From: Octopus vulgaris
Lineage: Eukaryota
DNA: 64,000 nt
NCBI GenBank assembly: GCA_951406725.2
Contig: OX597819.1
Location: forward strand, 77,810,001 to 77,874,000
Direction of reading: 5' to 3'
Shown: positions 60,659 to 64,000 of the stretch, piece after piece
How the letters are laid out: each line of letters starts with the position of its first letter
Position numbering within the stretch: position 1 is the first letter of the stretch
Notes under the pieces: generated by a model
Told to the model about the DNA's origin: nothing
The model's input: the letters and a program-made list of their open reading frames with translations, nothing else
Database searches by the model: none
Program-made: the position numbers and the translations under genes

Positions 60659-61131
60659 GAGGGAATATTATTCCAAACTTACAGGGAAAAATTCAATTTA
60701 GAAATACTAAATTAAATTTCACAAAATATACTATATATATATATATATGAGTTAGGAAAAAACTACCTATTATCAATTCAAAATTGATAAATTAAATTAT
60801 ACCATTTAGAAAAATTACATATTATAGAAAGATTCTTATATCTAATCTTTCTATGATATGTAATTTTTTTAATGGTATAATATAATTTTTCATTTTTGAA
60901 TTGATAAAAGTTGTTTTTCTTTTCTAATTTATATATATATGATAGATCGGTAGCCACTACACACATTTTTTTCTCTCCTTGTTTCTCTCCTTGTTTTTTT
61001 CTGAGTCCCTTTCTGTAGAAGAGCGTAGGCTCGAAACATAAAATACTTTTTCTATTCCTGAGCGTTATATTAATACATCTGTTTGTTTTGTACACCACCT
61101 GTCTTCATCTTTTGTTTTTTTCGTGAACTCT

Positions 61132-61205
<74 letters not shown>

Positions 61206-61418
61206 CAGTGATTGTTTCTTTTCAGGAACAAAATGTTTAATAGGACTGCTATAGAAGTTTGTTCTGCAACCATAGTTTTATATATATATATATATATATT
61301 TATATATTCGTGTATATACTGTCTCTGTGGATGTGTGCGTGTGTAAATGCATAGATGTATGCATGTATTAATACATGTACATCAGAAAAGCATAAATTTC
61401 ACACATTGGCTGTAATTT

Positions 61419-61715
61419 AATTGTCTTCTACAACTGTTTCGGCGGCATATAGCATCATTATTTATGAAATTATATAACTAAAATAAAAGTGATGCATCAA
61501 CTATGCTCTTCGGGAGGAAGCAAAATGGTAGAACACCGTTAGTGATTTCATTTTCTCTTTGTATCTTTTGTATTAAAATCTGTAAAGGTGTTCCGATAGC
61601 CATTTTTCTCCCGACGATATGGATAATTCATCGCTTTTAAATTTATTAATTATATGAAGCAATTAAATAAATAATGATGTTTTATGCCACTGAAACAGCT
61701 GTAGAGAACAATTCA
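61419..61715. repeat. diverged inverted pair of hammerhead-like relics
   Basis: Plus strand: ttctc-CCGACGA...GAAAC-agct-GTA-gagaa. Minus strand: ctc-CCGAAGA...GAAAC-agtt-GTA-gaag. Terminal ~50-bp arms are mutually complementary. Confidence 0.6.
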
Positions 61716-61829
61716 ATTCTGAAATATGTGTGGGTTTGTGTGTGTATAAATATTTGTTTGTGTGCGCGCGTGTGTGTGCTTGTGTATATTGCATATTATA
61801 TATTCGAGGTTACGAATAGATTGACATAT

Positions 61830-61931
61830 AGAGATAGATAGACAGATAGAGGGGAGAGAGAGAGAGAGACAGAGACAGAGAAATAAACAAATAGATAGAC
61901 AGACAGACACCAGACAGACAGACAGACAGAC

Positions 61932-62017
<86 letters not shown>

Positions 62018-62082
62018 GTAATCGGTTAGACAGAGAGACATTTAGGTAGCTGGGTAGACAGACAGACAATTAGTTAGTTTGT

Positions 62083-62142
<60 letters not shown>

Positions 62143-62742
62143 CAAACTGACGGACAGGCAGGAAGACAGATAGATAGCTAGTCAGAGAGATGGAGAGATG
62201 GAAAGACAGATGGATTGTTAATGAGAAGGGAGAAAAGGAAAGAGAGAAGGAGAGAGTGAGGGAGGTGATTGACAGATAGCAAGATACGGAGAAAATCAAA
62301 GAGAAAGGGAGGGATAAGATAGTCACTTTAGAGAGATCGAAAAAGGAAGAGAAAGTAAAAGAGAACACAACGAAGAGGTAGGAAGTGGTTGTAAGTGAGA
62401 GAAAAAGAAACGTAAGGGGGGAAGTGTGTATGCATGCGCGCGCGTTTGTGTGTACTACAAATATTTTGTCGGAGAAAAGAGTGATTGGGAGGCAGAAAGA
62501 GGGAGAGGGCAAAGAAAGAGAGAGAGAGTGGTGGGCAGAGAAAGACTGTGAGTGAAAAACTAGGGGAATTTCGAGAGAAGGAGAGCAGATAAAGAGGGGG
62601 AAAATGTGAATAATCGTCTGTCAAAATATGGACAGGCAGAATTATGGTACGGAGATCAAGTGGAAGAAAGACAAGAAATAAAGGGGAAAGAGAAAGAGGG
62701 AAAGTGAGAAAGGTGAATGACGAAGGAGAGAAAAAAGCTTTA

Positions 62743-62776
<34 letters not shown>

Positions 62777-62952
62777 AAGGGAAAGAAAGAGAGAGAGAGT
62801 AAAGGAGAGAGGGAGAAAGAGAGAGAGGTAGGCGAAAGAGAGCAAAAAAAGTTTTGAGAGAGACAGGTAGATAGATAAAGAGAGGAGGGAGCAAAGTGAG
62901 TGAGAGTGAGAGAGTGAGAGAAAGAAAGGAAAAAAGAAAGAAAAAAGAAAAA

Positions 62953-62998
<46 letters not shown>

Positions 62999-63132
62999 AG
63001 AGAGAAACAGAGAGGATCGCATTGTAGATATCAAGTGAGATAGAGATAAAGTGAAAGAGACATGCATTAAGAGAGAAAAGAGGAGTGAAGACACAGAAAG
63101 AAGAGAGAGATAGAGGAGAGGAGAGGGGGAAT

Positions 63133-63163
<31 letters not shown>

Positions 63164-63537
63164 TAGAGAAGATAGAGAAGAGAGAGAGTGTGTGAGTGAG
63201 AAGTAAAACGAAACAATGATAAAGTAATATAGTCAGCGTGTGCATGGGAGAGAAAGAGAGAGAGAGAGAGAGAGAAAAGGAGAGAAAAAGGAGAGAAAAA
63301 AGGAGAGAAAAAGGAGAGAAAAAAGGAGAGAAAGAGAGAAAAGTTTTGTGCGTATGAGACCGAAAAAGTGAAAATGCGTGCGTTCGTGAGTTGAGTGAGT
63401 GAATGTGTGTGTGAATAAGTGTGTGTGTGTGTGTGTGAATAAGTGTGTGTGTGTGTGTGCGTATGCATGTGTGTGTGTGCGTGTGTGTGTGTGTTTGTGC
63501 GTGTGTGTGCGTGTGTATGTGTGTGTGTGTGCGTGTG

Positions 63538-63584
<47 letters not shown>

Positions 63585-63652
63585 GCATGTGTGTGTGTGT
63601 GTGTGTGTGCGTGTGCATGTGTGTGTGTGAATAAGTGTGTGTGTGCATGCGT

Positions 63653-63683
<31 letters not shown>

Positions 63684-63685
63684 GT
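61830..63685. repeat. purine-rich (GA)n/(GATA)n and (GT)n low-complexity region
   Basis: Seen directly. Confidence 0.9.
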
Positions 63686-64000
63686 TGTCTTTAAGAGACA
63701 GTGTCACGCTACAGCCATGATACATTAACACCCAACCCAACTTAATCGATCAATAAACCAGTACGAAACTCAGTCAATCCATCATATCTTCTTCTCACGT
63801 TGTCTTCTTTTTGACTGTCTCATTCCTCTTTCACTCAGTCACCTCTCACCACCACTACAACCACCTTCTCATTTACTCTTACCCTCCCATTCTCACTTCA
63901 CTCAATCGGCCACCTCTTACTATCACCCTATATCTCTCGCACTATTGTCCAATACTGTTGCTCTCAAACCCCCTCTCTCATTTCACTGTACCTGTTTCCT

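Noticed and set aside
62328-63740. 470-aa ORF, the longest in the track
   Set aside because: Translation of (CA)n/(CT)n low-complexity DNA that lacks stops by composition; no domain

Overview
Eukaryotic, AT-rich, gene-poor DNA dominated by microsatellites and transposable elements. The SINE families and repeat landscape strongly suggest an octopus (coleoid cephalopod) genome; this is an inference from recall, not a search result. No intact host protein-coding gene is recognisable, and almost all ORFs in the track are translations of microsatellites or SINEs. Supported content: two initiator tRNA-Met genes (minus strand, 44283-44354 and 46639-46710); decayed mariner/Tc1 transposons; two Penelope-like retroelement (RT + GIY-YIG) relics; R4/Dong-type RLE LINE copies embedded in (TAA)n; a CR1-like fragment; non-autonomous Helitrons; several MITEs with clear TIRs and TSDs; and many tRNA-derived SINEs. 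The most notable unannotated signal is a dispersed set of type-I hammerhead-ribozyme motifs with very long stem II and minimal or palindromic stem III, partly in inverted pairs. Other leads are a TTAGGG-carrying Merlin-like MITE, a recurrent SINE dimer junction, a candidate orphan exon and a CTCF/YY1-like motif island. All structures were read by eye, and repeat boundaries are approximate unless a TSD is given.
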